Origin: an uncultured Candidatus Saccharibacteria bacterium
GTDB lineage: Bacteria > Patescibacteriota > Saccharimonadia > UBA4664 > CAZJNH01
DNA length: 64,000 bases
Assembly: GCA_964478595.1 (NCBI GenBank)
Contig: CAYZIN010000003.1
Location: forward strand, 1,357-65,356
Direction: 5' to 3'
Below, piece by piece: positions 1-9,307 of this stretch. Positions within the stretch are counted from its first letter, which is position 1; the number at the start of each line of letters is the position of its first letter. The notes beneath the pieces are model-generated. The model was not told the DNA's origin and did no database searches. It saw only the letters and a program-made list of their open reading frames with translations. Made by a program: the position numbers and the translations under genes.

Positions 1-60
1 AAAGGTGGCATGCAGAGCCGCCGCAGCAAAGCTGCTTAAGTAGTCACTAGAACTCACTCT

Positions 61-86
61 AAAAAACTCCCATCCGGGAGTTTTTT
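61..86. terminator. Bidirectional intrinsic terminator candidate (A6-stem-loop-T6)
   Basis: The sequence aaaaaa ctccc atcc gggag tttttt forms a short GC hairpin flanked by an A-run and a T-run. It lies downstream of the minus-strand gene ending at 212. Confidence 0.5.
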
Positions 87-211
87 AGTTGTCAGCTCGG
101 GGTCCTGCCGCCTGCGGATCCCGCGTGCGTGCTCGTAAATTGCTCGTGTAATTTCCTGCGCGCGGCAGCGGGATCCCTCCGGCGTCACCCCTCGCCTTTG
201 ATCTCCTGGCA

Positions 212-679
212 CTAAACAAAGGAGGGGTGGACCCAGCGTTCGATGACGCGGCGGGTTACTCGGCGATCCTTGCGCCAATTGACCGCCCAAATCGAGCCGC
301 AGGCAAAGCATTTATAGGTGTCGCGATCTTTCTGCAGACTAAAGTTTTGGCAGTCTGGGCAAGTGGCGCGTTTACTGAGCCACTCGTCGTAGGTTTCAAT
401 ACATTGGGCGATATGCTCTTCGTCGATCTGCAGTCCAAACTGGGGAGCCAGTTCTCGCACCACATCCCAGGCGTCCATCTCCATCTTGATCAGCTCCATA
501 TCATACTTGTAATTACGGTGGCCGAGGCGAGCGTGCCCAATTTCGTGGATTAAGGCAATTTTCCCGTCGTCGCGCTTCAACCGGCGAGAATCGTAGGTAA
601 CTGTGCCGGTAGCGGGCGACCACATAAAATACCGCCCGGGAACAAAATTAATATCTGGAAAATGTTTGAGTAAATCCAA
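212..679 (-). CDS. ImmA/IrrE-family HEXXH zinc metallopeptidase-like protein with C-terminal zinc ribbon
   Basis: The protein carries an HEIGH motif (IALIHEIGHARLGH) and a C-terminal CPDC...CFACG zinc ribbon. No adjacent XRE-type partner is visible. Confidence 0.5.
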   Translation of the reverse strand: MDLLKHFPDINFVPGRYFMWSPATGTVTYDSRRLKRDDGKIALIHEIGHARLGHRNYKYDMELIKMEMDAWDVVRELAPQFGLQIDEEHIAQCIETYDEWLSKRATCPDCQNFSLQKDRDTYKCFACGSIWAVNWRKDRRVTRRVIERWVHPSFV

Positions 680-734
680 AGACCACCCTCGCTAAGAGTT
701 CAGTATACAGGTGTGCTACTAAAGCTATACAAGC

Positions 735-1583
735 TTAAGCGGATTTGTGATCTTGGGCAGATTTGGCTAGCAAGATAGCGCCAAAAACCGAAGCGGTTTC
801 GGGATACTTAGCGGCTTTAATCTCTGGGGTTGGATACAGGCGGTATTGCTCATCTAAGTATTTCTCGAGCGGTTGCTTGAAGCTATCAAGATGCGTGCCA
901 ACCCCGCCGCCGAGTACGATGACTCCCGGCGAAACGGCAGCGCAGAGATTTACAAGACCGTGAGCGAGGTCTTTAGCGTATTCGTCCCAAACCTTGGGGT
1001 CTTTAACCTCGGCTGGTTGCTGTCCGAACCGTTTATGAAAGGCTGGCCCACTGACGATGGTCTCCCAATGCCCAACCCCGCCGCAGCCACATTTTTCACC
1101 ATTTGGATCAATTATCATGTGGCCACCCTCTACATCAAAGGCTCCGCGGTAAATTTGCCCTTTGCTTACTAGGCCCGTGCCCACCCCGGTACCGATACCG
1201 ACGTAGAGGACTGGGTCAAAACCCGCTCCAGACCCCAGCCTGGCTTCGGCCAGAGCGGCCGTGTTGGCGTCGTTTTCTAAAACCACCGGCGCACGAAAGT
1301 GTTTTTCTAAAACTTTAATAATCTCTAGGTGACGCCAGGGGATGTTGGCGGCTTTGCCGATAGCGCCATTTTCCCAGTCGATCGGGCCGGGGGCTGCTAC
1401 GCCAATAGCTTTAATATCGCTATTGCGAGCCACGGCGTGAACGAGATCTACAATTGCTTCTTGGGCTATCTCAACTTTGCCGGGGGTGGCGATTTTTTGT
1501 TGAGAGACGATTTTGGCCTCTAAGTCGGCCGAAGCCACCAAAGTTTTGGTGCCGCCAATGTCGATTCCAATATACATACACAT
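735..1583 (-). CDS. ROK family sugar kinase (glucokinase-like)
   Basis: It has the N-terminal ATPase motif IGIDIGGTK, the ROK signature and a CGCGGVGHWE zinc motif. Confidence 0.8.
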   Translation of the reverse strand: MCMYIGIDIGGTKTLVASADLEAKIVSQQKIATPGKVEIAQEAIVDLVHAVARNSDIKAIGVAAPGPIDWENGAIGKAANIPWRHLEIIKVLEKHFRAPVVLENDANTAALAEARLGSGAGFDPVLYVGIGTGVGTGLVSKGQIYRGAFDVEGGHMIIDPNGEKCGCGGVGHWETIVSGPAFHKRFGQQPAEVKDPKVWDEYAKDLAHGLVNLCAAVSPGVIVLGGGVGTHLDSFKQPLEKYLDEQYRLYPTPEIKAAKYPETASVFGAILLAKSAQDHKSA

Positions 1584-1682
1584 ATAGTATAACGCTTATG
1601 CTTTTGGCTTTCTTAAGCCTTTTTTCTTGCTCTCATCATTGCTTTAGCGTATAAGAGAAATAATTAACCAAGTGAGGGAAAA

Positions 1683-2009
1683 GTGAATCTCAATCGCGAC
1701 TTTCTTAAAACCTTGGGCGGAATTTTAGTCATCGGTGCAATAGTTGTTGCTACCTTTTTGGTCGGCAACCAGCAAAGGCAAGATCAAATTAGAAAAGAAA
1801 ATCAAGCTCAGCAAAAAGCACCAGTACCAATTAAAAAGAACCAACCCGCTGCCAATTCCGGTAGTTCATCCAGTCCTGCTGCCGGTAAATCTACAGTTGG
1901 GGGAGGCAGCATTCCGCAAACCGGTCCTTCTGACATTGCTTGGCTGATCCTTCCAGCCGCAGCCACCGGGTTCTTTGTGGCTCGCCGCCGCAAAAGCTAC
2001 CAGTACTAG
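1683..2009 (+). CDS. Small cell-surface protein with LPXTG-like (IPQTG) sortase sorting signal
   Basis: The start is GTG with a GAGGG RBS. There is an N-terminal TM/signal helix and a Ser/Gly-rich linker. The C-terminus is IPQTG followed by a hydrophobic stretch and an RRRK tail. Confidence 0.5.
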   Translation: MNLNRDFLKTLGGILVIGAIVVATFLVGNQQRQDQIRKENQAQQKAPVPIKKNQPAANSGSSSSPAAGKSTVGGGSIPQTGPSDIAWLILPAAATGFFVARRRKSYQY

Positions 2010-2080
2010 TTTCAAAGCCAGCGGGCTATTCAGATATGGACAGGTAGGGGCAAAGCCGGTAAAATTAAGCAGTTAAATTT

Positions 2081-3229
2081 ATGGCAACCAAAACCCCTAT
2101 CAGTATGAAAGACTTGCTTGAAGGCACCGAGATCGAGGGTCTGAACGTCGGTGATGCAGTGGAAGGCAAGGTTATCGACATCGAACGCAACGGCGTTTGG
2201 TTAGACCTTGGCGCCCGTGGTACAGGTTTGGTTGTTGGCAAAGAACTCGATATGTCGGAGCCAATTAAGGTTGGTGACGTTTTGGGTGCGACCATTTTGG
2301 ACCCAGAAGCCGATGGTGGTTTTGCGGTGCTCTCACTTAAGCGAGTGGCTAAGGAAAAGGGCTGGGAAGCTCTTGAAGCGCGTTTTAGTGGCGGCGAAAT
2401 CTTTAATATCGAAGCATATGACGCCAACAAAGGCGGCCTTTTAGTCGAGTGCGAAGGCATTCGCGGCTTTTTACCGGTGTCGCAACTAGCAGCCGAGCAT
2501 TATCCGCGAGTAGCCGGAGCCGACAAAGATGAAATTTTGAACCGGTTATCTAGTTTGATTGGTAAACCTTTGCGCGTACGAATCCTAGACATCAACCGCC
2601 GCGAAAGTAAGCTGATCTTCTCTGAAAAAGAAGCACTTAGGGAAGATACTCAACAGCGGGTAGCCCAATTGAAGGTAGGTGATGTGGTTGAAGGTTTGGT
2701 AACGGGTGTAGTTGATTTTGGAATTTTCCTGAACATTGATGGCATAGAAGGCTTAGTCCATATTTCTGAAATTGCTTGGGATCGAGTGGATAACCCGTCG
2801 AGTTACGTCAAGGTTGGGGAGAAAATCAAAGCTAAAATTATCGCCATCGACAAGGACAAATTGAGCTTATCGATCAAGCAATTAAGCGACGATCCATGGC
2901 TGGCTGAGATAAAAAAATACAAAGTCGGTGACGTGGTAGAGGGGAAAGCCACCCGCATTACGCCCTTTGGCGCCTTCGTCCAAGTTACCCCCGTAATCGA
3001 AGCCCTAGTGCACGTTTCGGAGTTGGCCGATGAGGGCACCGAGGATCCGGCTAGTTTGGTGAAACTAGGTGAAACGATGCAGTTTAAGGTCATTGATATT
3101 GATACCGAATCGCACAAGCTTTCATTGTCACTAAAGCAGATGTCTGAAAAAAAGCCGGCGAAGGCTAAAGCCAAAACGCCTGCCAAGAAGACCACTAGAA
3201 AGAAGGATGAGGACGCCGATCAGTCCTAA
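2081..3229 (+). CDS. rpsA: 30S ribosomal protein S1
   Basis: It contains four S1 domains with repeated VGDVVEG/GKV motifs and a lysine-rich C-terminal tail. Confidence 0.9.
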   Translation: MATKTPISMKDLLEGTEIEGLNVGDAVEGKVIDIERNGVWLDLGARGTGLVVGKELDMSEPIKVGDVLGATILDPEADGGFAVLSLKRVAKEKGWEALEARFSGGEIFNIEAYDANKGGLLVECEGIRGFLPVSQLAAEHYPRVAGADKDEILNRLSSLIGKPLRVRILDINRRESKLIFSEKEALREDTQQRVAQLKVGDVVEGLVTGVVDFGIFLNIDGIEGLVHISEIAWDRVDNPSSYVKVGEKIKAKIIAIDKDKLSLSIKQLSDDPWLAEIKKYKVGDVVEGKATRITPFGAFVQVTPVIEALVHVSELADEGTEDPASLVKLGETMQFKVIDIDTESHKLSLSLKQMSEKKPAKAKAKTPAKKTTRKKDEDADQS

Positions 3230-3247
3230 CGCTGATCGCACCCAACC

Positions 3248-5005
3248 ATGAGCGATCAGCCAACCACAAAAATCCAAGTTCCCGAAGCTATTCGGGTCGG
3301 TGAATTTGCCGAAAAGCTTAACTTGCCCGTGACCAAAATTATTGGCGAGTTGATGAAAAACGGGGTAATGGCGACCATCAACGAAATGATCGATTACGAC
3401 ACGGCTGCCATTATCGCTAGCGATTTGGGAATTGAAGTTGAACCCGAAGTAATCGAAGAGGCTGTGGCGCCAGTGGTTGAGAAGGTCAAAGACGGCGAAA
3501 ACCGACCGCCAGTAGTGGCAGTCATGGGGCACGTCGACCACGGCAAGACCAAGTTACTCGATGCCATTCGTCAAAGCGATGTGGCCAGTGGTGAAGCCGG
3601 GGGAATTACTCAACACATTGGCGCCTACCAAGTTAAACGCAAAGATCGCTGGATTACTTTTCTTGATACCCCCGGCCATGAAGCCTTTTCAGCTCTGCGC
3701 GCTCACGGCGCTAAGATGACCGACGTGGCGGTGATTGTAATCGCCGCGGACGATGGTGTAAAACCCCAAACCAAAGAAGCCATCGATCACGCCAAAATGG
3801 CTGGCGTCAAAATCGTAATTGCAATTAATAAAATCGACAAAGAGGGTGCCGATGCCAATCGAGTCAAAACTCAATTGGCGGAATTAGGCCTAAACCCTGA
3901 AGAGTGGGGCGGCGATACAGTGGTGGCAGAGGTTTCAGCCAAAGCCGGCACCGGGATTGATGAGCTCCTAGACCTCGTTTTATTGGTAGCGGACATTGAG
4001 GAATTAAAGACCCGCAAAGAAGGTCCCAGCGAAGGCATGGTGGTGGAATCCCACCTTGAAAGCGGGCGAGGTCCGGTGGCGACGCTACTGGTTAACAATG
4101 GCACGCTGAAGGTTAGTGACTATATCGTGGCCGGCAACACCTATGCCAAAGTGCGCAGCTTGGAAAATGACCGCGGTAAAAAGATTAAAGAGGCGACTGG
4201 CGGCATGCCGGCGGTGGTTAGCGGTTTTAAGGAGGCACCAGCCTTTGGTCAAATCTTTTATGGGGTCGAAGCCGAGCAGCAGGCGCGGGAAAAGTCGACG
4301 GCCGGTAAGCGTTCGGCTCAAGCTAAAAGTATGGTTAGGGTCAAAAAAATTGAGGCCCAAGACATCGCCAACGCTATTACGGCTGGCAAAGTCAAAGAAC
4401 TTAATGTGGTGATTAAAGCCGACGTTCAGGGATCACTAGAAGCGTTGCTAGATTCGTTGAAAGACCTTCGCAACGAAGAGGTTGGTGTAAAGGTAATTCA
4501 AGGCGGTCTTGGCGATATTTCGGAAAACGACGTAAATGCCGCCAAAACGGCGGGAGCTTTACTGATTGGCTTCAATGTCGGAGTGAACTCGCGGGTTAAA
4601 CAATTGGCCGGCCGTGAGCAGGTCCAAATCCAGCTCTACAAAGTTATTTATGAACTGCTCGATAATTTGCGCGATGTATTATCGGAAATGCTGGATCCTG
4701 AGGTAATTGAGCACGCCGTCGGGACGTTGGAAATTCTGGGAGTCTTTAAAGTCAAAAAGGGTTCAGTGATTTGCGGCGGTGAGGTTAAAGACGGTAAAGT
4801 CGAACCGAAGCTGCAACTTAAGATTTCTCATAGCGGCAAAGAGGTTGGTCGCGGCACCGTGATCAGTCTGCAACGGGAAAAGCAGGCAGCCAAAGAAGTT
4901 AATGCCGGCGAACAGTGCGGAATGGAAATCGCTACCTCCGCCACAATCGAAGTTGGCGATAAACTCGAATTTTTCACTACGGAGACTAAAGCCCGGAGGC
5001 TGTAA
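3248..5005 (+). CDS. infB: Translation initiation factor IF-2 (short form)
   Basis: The G-domain carries GHVDHGKT, DTPGH and NKID motifs. Its C-terminal domains are typical of IF-2. Confidence 0.95.
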   Translation: MSDQPTTKIQVPEAIRVGEFAEKLNLPVTKIIGELMKNGVMATINEMIDYDTAAIIASDLGIEVEPEVIEEAVAPVVEKVKDGENRPPVVAVMGHVDHGKTKLLDAIRQSDVASGEAGGITQHIGAYQVKRKDRWITFLDTPGHEAFSALRAHGAKMTDVAVIVIAADDGVKPQTKEAIDHAKMAGVKIVIAINKIDKEGADANRVKTQLAELGLNPEEWGGDTVVAEVSAKAGTGIDELLDLVLLVADIEELKTRKEGPSEGMVVESHLESGRGPVATLLVNNGTLKVSDYIVAGNTYAKVRSLENDRGKKIKEATGGMPAVVSGFKEAPAFGQIFYGVEAEQQAREKSTAGKRSAQAKSMVRVKKIEAQDIANAITAGKVKELNVVIKADVQGSLEALLDSLKDLRNEEVGVKVIQGGLGDISENDVNAAKTAGALLIGFNVGVNSRVKQLAGREQVQIQLYKVIYELLDNLRDVLSEMLDPEVIEHAVGTLEILGVFKVKKGSVICGGEVKDGKVEPKLQLKISHSGKEVGRGTVISLQREKQAAKEVNAGEQCGMEIATSATIEVGDKLEFFTTETKARRL

Positions 5006-5325
5006 TGTCGCTACGGACCGAAAAAATTGAAAGCACGGTGCATCATGAGGTGGCCCAAGCGTTGGCCGAATTGTTGCCCCACGACTCGATCATTACAGTA
5101 ACGGGTGTGGAAGTGGCGCCGGATTTAAAAAAGGCAACTGTGTGGATTGGCGTGCTTGGAAAAGACGAACAGGACGTGATGAGTCAAATCGAGCAGGTTC
5201 GGCGAGACGTGCAAAAAGTGGTGAATAAACGTTTGACCACTAAGTTTGTGCCGAGGCTGACTTTTAAGAGCGATCATGGCGGAGCTTATGCCGACCGAAT
5301 CAACCGCGTTTTAAAGAATCTTTAA
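5005..5325 (+). CDS. rbfA: Ribosome-binding factor A
   Basis: It has RbfA-like length and sequence. Its start is coupled to the infB stop. Confidence 0.85.
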   Translation: MSLRTEKIESTVHHEVAQALAELLPHDSIITVTGVEVAPDLKKATVWIGVLGKDEQDVMSQIEQVRRDVQKVVNKRLTTKFVPRLTFKSDHGGAYADRINRVLKNL

Positions 5326-5363
5326 GTTGCCAGATCTTAGCGAAAAGCTTATGCTCTTATCAT

Positions 5364-5678
5364 ATGGACGGTCAACAGCCGCAAGATATTGAACAGTTTG
5401 TGGACTGGATTTTAGCTCAGAAGGGTGAGCTAAAAGACACACCAGAAGATGTTAAAGTTCAACTCAAGAAAGATTTAGTCGAAAGCCTTGAAGATCAAAT
5501 CAACGCTGCGCTTTTAAGTTCGATTCCGCAAAAAGATTTGCCAGAAATGGATCAGCTGATTCAAAACCAGGCATCTCAGGAAGAGATCGTGAAGTTTTGC
5601 GAGACTAAAATTCCCGATATGAAGAACCTGGTTGCCGGAGTTTTAGCGCGTTTTAAAACTGATTTTTTGGGAGCTTAA
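5364..5678 (+). CDS. Hypothetical small acidic protein, first gene of the giant-protein operon
   Basis: This is an acidic 104-aa ORF. Its stop overlaps the start of the next gene (TAAATG). Confidence 0.4.
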   Translation: MDGQQPQDIEQFVDWILAQKGELKDTPEDVKVQLKKDLVESLEDQINAALLSSIPQKDLPEMDQLIQNQASQEEIVKFCETKIPDMKNLVAGVLARFKTDFLGA

Positions 5679-8600
5679 ATGTCCGGAGAGGGAATTAGTC
5701 CGGACGCAGGGGGTGAAGTAACAGGGGCTTTTTCGAGTCCAGATTTGGCGACGCCAGCCCCCGACGCACCGCACAGAAATCCCGAGCCGGGTACAGTAAT
5801 TCACCCTAATGGGCTGGAGGTACATCTGGTCGGCGCCGATGCTAATGCCCGCGCGCGGGACGAAGCTGATCGCCGAGTAGATAGTGAAGTAGCCGAAAAA
5901 GGTCTTTTGACTAGAATCTGGAAGGGCAACCTTGCCAAAGATTATTACTCGATGAAGTACGAGAGGGAAGAGCGCGCCAAGATAGAAGCGGCCGGCACGC
6001 CGTTTCTAAATGAAGAGGAAGCCACTAAAACCATCGAACGCTTTGCCAGCGAAGCCGAAAGCATGGTCGACACCGAAGCCGGCGAGAGTAAGGTTGAATT
6101 GTCTGAATTGCCCGGCGGCAATGAATTAAAGGATCAGTTTAAGGCTCTTATCAGGGAAGTGGCCGAAAAAGACATGTCCCGGCCAGCGTTTGAACAAGAA
6201 AAAACTAGGCTTATTAACGAAGTAGCCTCCAAGAATCCGGAGTTAGCCAAAGCCGGACTCCAATACGCCGATAACATCGAAAAGATTGCCGAACAAGTCG
6301 AAGCTAGGGTCGAGGCCGGCGAGGTTCTGGATAATTTATTGGCGGAGACGAAGATTTATCTAGACCGCGCTCGTGCCGGTGTTCGGACCGAGGCTCAGTA
6401 TGGCGCGATCGACCGCGTGTTCGAAAAGATTCGCAGTCACGGCCTTAGCGCGGTGGCAAATGAAGGAGTTTTGGCTACCGCTATTTCAGTTGGCTACACA
6501 GCGGCTCGCTGGAGCGGCCGACGAGCAGTAGCAGTAGTAGGCAAAATGGCGATTCCTGGAATTTCCAGTGGAATTTTAGCCGGCATGCGTGAAAACAAAT
6601 TCATGAAAGATGAACGTCGTCGTCACAATCGTGAAATGGCCGAAGGTATGCAAACTACCGAAGCGGCGTCGCGGCGGCGGATCGAGCTTGAAAACGTTCG
6701 CTATGAAACAGCATCTAGTAAAGATTTAGTCGACGCCCTGAATTCATCGTTGTTTGAAACCGACCCCGAAGGTAAGAGGGTCGAAAGGGATCTTGGTGGA
6801 GACGAATTGGTTGATGCTATGCACTTGGTGGCAGAGATCGATGCTCGTCGCCAGTTATCTAACCGAATGAGAATTGATCTGATTACTTTTAGCGACAAGA
6901 CTACGGTCGAGCAGGAGCGGTTTGAGCTTTATAAATCGGTATCCGAGGCGAAGACTATCCTGGCCAAGCAATTTGAGGCTGGGGACGACACGTTTAAGGC
7001 TGAAACTTTGGGAGATAGTACTTTTGCAGATGCGCTGGCTAGTTTGAGATATATTGAGGTTTCTAATCTCGGAATACATATTGAGCAACAAGACCGAGCG
7101 TTTGATCATTTACGGCGGGTAGAGGTTGCTAAGGCCGCTGCCAAAGGAGTTTTGATCGGAGCGACGATCGGCCTGATCGCGCAAGAAGCAACCTCCTTCT
7201 TGCGGGCCGACCAGACTGGACTTCTCGAACACGCGCTTCATCACGGCGGAAATTCCGAGCGCGCTCATCAAACCCTGCTGCTTAGTATTTTTGGTCGTCA
7301 CGAAGTTGGCCACCTAAGTGCTCACGATGCGCTGCCTGGCGGCAAGGGTGAGGTACAAATGCCCAAAGGCGTGAGCTTAACTCATGACGCCAATGGCAGC
7401 TTTAGCCTGCACGACGGTGGTAAAGAAATTGCCCATGGTTTGAAGTTTAATAACGGTCAGATGGATCCGGGAACTAAGGCAGCCTTGACCCATGCTGGTT
7501 ACGTTATCCAATCGGAACACGTACAGTCCGGCACCGAGGCGGTCATGCGCACTCCGGATCAGTTAATTGCCCACCATTCGGGAGATTTTAAAACAGTTAA
7601 TCGGCAGCTGTGGTACGACAACAACACTCCGCAATTTGACCGCAATGAACTTGGGTTAGGATGGGCGGGAACGAACGGTCTGGACGCAAATGGCAACTAC
7701 ATTTACTCGGTGGCCCATATGACCGTTGGCGGTTCAACTCACGCCGGGCTTTCGGCTAATGCCCAACAATTGGTGTCCGAGGGCCGTATGAAACTGTTAA
7801 TTTCGGCGTCTCGAGAAACGCAAAACCGCGCGCTAGAGTTGCCGGTGCGTGCCGATGGTACTGTGCTGATTGCCAAAGATAGCTTGGCCGGAAGAGCCTT
7901 TTTCCAAAACTCCGGCTGTCACGCGGTATTTACTGGGAAATTTGCGGAAGTCGCCCAAACTACCAGCAGTAGTAATGGCGTGGATAATTTCCGTATTTTA
8001 GCTACCGAAGTTGGCCCAGGCCAACCGCGCTTTGTTGATCTTAATCCGAAGGACCTATTTATCACCCGTATTCAGTTGCCACCAACCATAGACGTACCGC
8101 CGATTATTCCAATTTTCGGGCGTGAAGCTTTGGGCGAAGCTGAAGCGCCGGAAGACCAAAACGCCAAAACGATTGAAATTCCGGCAGTGAAGATCGAAGA
8201 GACGCAGCCGGAAAAGGAAGCGCCGGAAAAACCGCTAAGTTTATTTGAACTAAAAGAGCGGGCTCGGGTGGCGGTGGGAGAACTCAAAAATAGTAGCGTG
8301 ATTACCCCGGCCGAACGCGAAGTGATCGCAGCCAATATTGGTCGAATTACTCAAAACATGCAGCGCCGAGAGGTAACGCAATCGGATCTGGCCAGTTTGT
8401 CGGCGATGTTTATTAACTTGAACCAAAAAGCTCCAGAGCAAATGCCGGGCAATTTATTGCCTCATTATGTTCAGTCCTTATTGGCGGTAGATAATCAACT
8501 GGCTCGTCAAAAAGAGGTTGGATGGGAGATTGGCGAGTCAGCCCGAACCGTTTATCCGGCTGCGAAACCTTTCGAAACTGGCGAAGCCGATGAGCGTCCG

Positions 8601-9305
8601 AGGCCACCGTCGTTAACTCTGTTTGAGCTTAAAGAACGGGCCCGGCAAGCGGTTGGCGAAATGAAAAATAAGGGCGGGATTACCCCTGCGGAACGAGAGG
8701 TCATCGCTTCAAACCTAGGTCGGATTACTCAACGGATGAACCGGCGCAACGTCACGCAATCGGATCTTTACAGCCTATTTTCAATTTTCACAAAATTGCA
8801 TCAGACCGAACCGGACTTAGTGCCAAGAGACGATTTAGAGTCGATCAACGCTTCGATTTTGGCGGCCGATGGAAAGCTGGGCAGTCAAAAAGATGAGGGT
8901 TGGGAGATAGGCGAGTCAGCGCCGACGGTTCACCCCTCGCCCAAACCCTTCGAGGTTACCGCCAAGCCGGTCTCGCCATCAGTCGATACCGACGCCCCTC
9001 CCAAGACGCCAGGCTATTTAAGCCGTGAAAATTTCCTCAACCGGGCCGAAGAGCGTGGTCGAATTCCAGTTGATGTTGATGCCTCACCCGAAGCCGCTCC
9101 ACCCACAGATGTTGATGCAACTCCTGCTTCGCCGGAGGAAGAGCCTGAAGTTAAAACCGGCCCGGCGATTTGGCGCAATAACGACGCCGACCTGCCGGTT
9201 GAAGTTGAGGGTTTCGCTGGAACGCGTGACGGGCGAGCGTACGTCAATGTCCTCGGTAGTGCCACGGCATTGCCACTTGATGAAATTGTCTACCCCGAGG
9301 GTTAG
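5679..9305 (+). CDS. Giant (1208 aa) membrane-anchored protein with coiled-coil N-region, two tandem 125-aa repeats and an acidic Pro-rich C-terminus
   Basis: The reading frame is long and uninterrupted. Hydrophobic helices lie around aa 265-310 and 490. There is an internal tandem repeat (PxSLxLFELKERAR...GWEIGESA) and a DVDASPEAAPPTDVDATP C-terminal tail. Confidence 0.7.
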   Translation: MSGEGISPDAGGEVTGAFSSPDLATPAPDAPHRNPEPGTVIHPNGLEVHLVGADANARARDEADRRVDSEVAEKGLLTRIWKGNLAKDYYSMKYEREERAKIEAAGTPFLNEEEATKTIERFASEAESMVDTEAGESKVELSELPGGNELKDQFKALIREVAEKDMSRPAFEQEKTRLINEVASKNPELAKAGLQYADNIEKIAEQVEARVEAGEVLDNLLAETKIYLDRARAGVRTEAQYGAIDRVFEKIRSHGLSAVANEGVLATAISVGYTAARWSGRRAVAVVGKMAIPGISSGILAGMRENKFMKDERRRHNREMAEGMQTTEAASRRRIELENVRYETASSKDLVDALNSSLFETDPEGKRVERDLGGDELVDAMHLVAEIDARRQLSNRMRIDLITFSDKTTVEQERFELYKSVSEAKTILAKQFEAGDDTFKAETLGDSTFADALASLRYIEVSNLGIHIEQQDRAFDHLRRVEVAKAAAKGVLIGATIGLIAQEATSFLRADQTGLLEHALHHGGNSERAHQTLLLSIFGRHEVGHLSAHDALPGGKGEVQMPKGVSLTHDANGSFSLHDGGKEIAHGLKFNNGQMDPGTKAALTHAGYVIQSEHVQSGTEAVMRTPDQLIAHHSGDFKTVNRQLWYDNNTPQFDRNELGLGWAGTNGLDANGNYIYSVAHMTVGGSTHAGLSANAQQLVSEGRMKLLISASRETQNRALELPVRADGTVLIAKDSLAGRAFFQNSGCHAVFTGKFAEVAQTTSSSNGVDNFRILATEVGPGQPRFVDLNPKDLFITRIQLPPTIDVPPIIPIFGREALGEAEAPEDQNAKTIEIPAVKIEETQPEKEAPEKPLSLFELKERARVAVGELKNSSVITPAEREVIAANIGRITQNMQRREVTQSDLASLSAMFINLNQKAPEQMPGNLLPHYVQSLLAVDNQLARQKEVGWEIGESARTVYPAAKPFETGEADERPRPPSLTLFELKERARQAVGEMKNKGGITPAEREVIASNLGRITQRMNRRNVTQSDLYSLFSIFTKLHQTEPDLVPRDDLESINASILAADGKLGSQKDEGWEIGESAPTVHPSPKPFEVTAKPVSPSVDTDAPPKTPGYLSRENFLNRAEERGRIPVDVDASPEAAPPTDVDATPASPEEEPEVKTGPAIWRNNDADLPVEVEGFAGTRDGRAYVNVLGSATALPLDEIVYPEG
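8232..8960 (+). repeat. Two tandem copies of a repeat of about 375 bp (125 aa) inside the giant gene
   Basis: Copy 1 begins PLSLFELKERARVAVGELKNSSVITPAEREVIAANIGRITQNMQRREVTQSDL. Copy 2 begins PSLTLFELKERARQAVGEMKNKGGITPAEREVIASNLGRITQRMNRRNVTQSDL. Both end in GWEIGESA. Confidence 0.8.
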
Positions 9306-9307
9306 TT

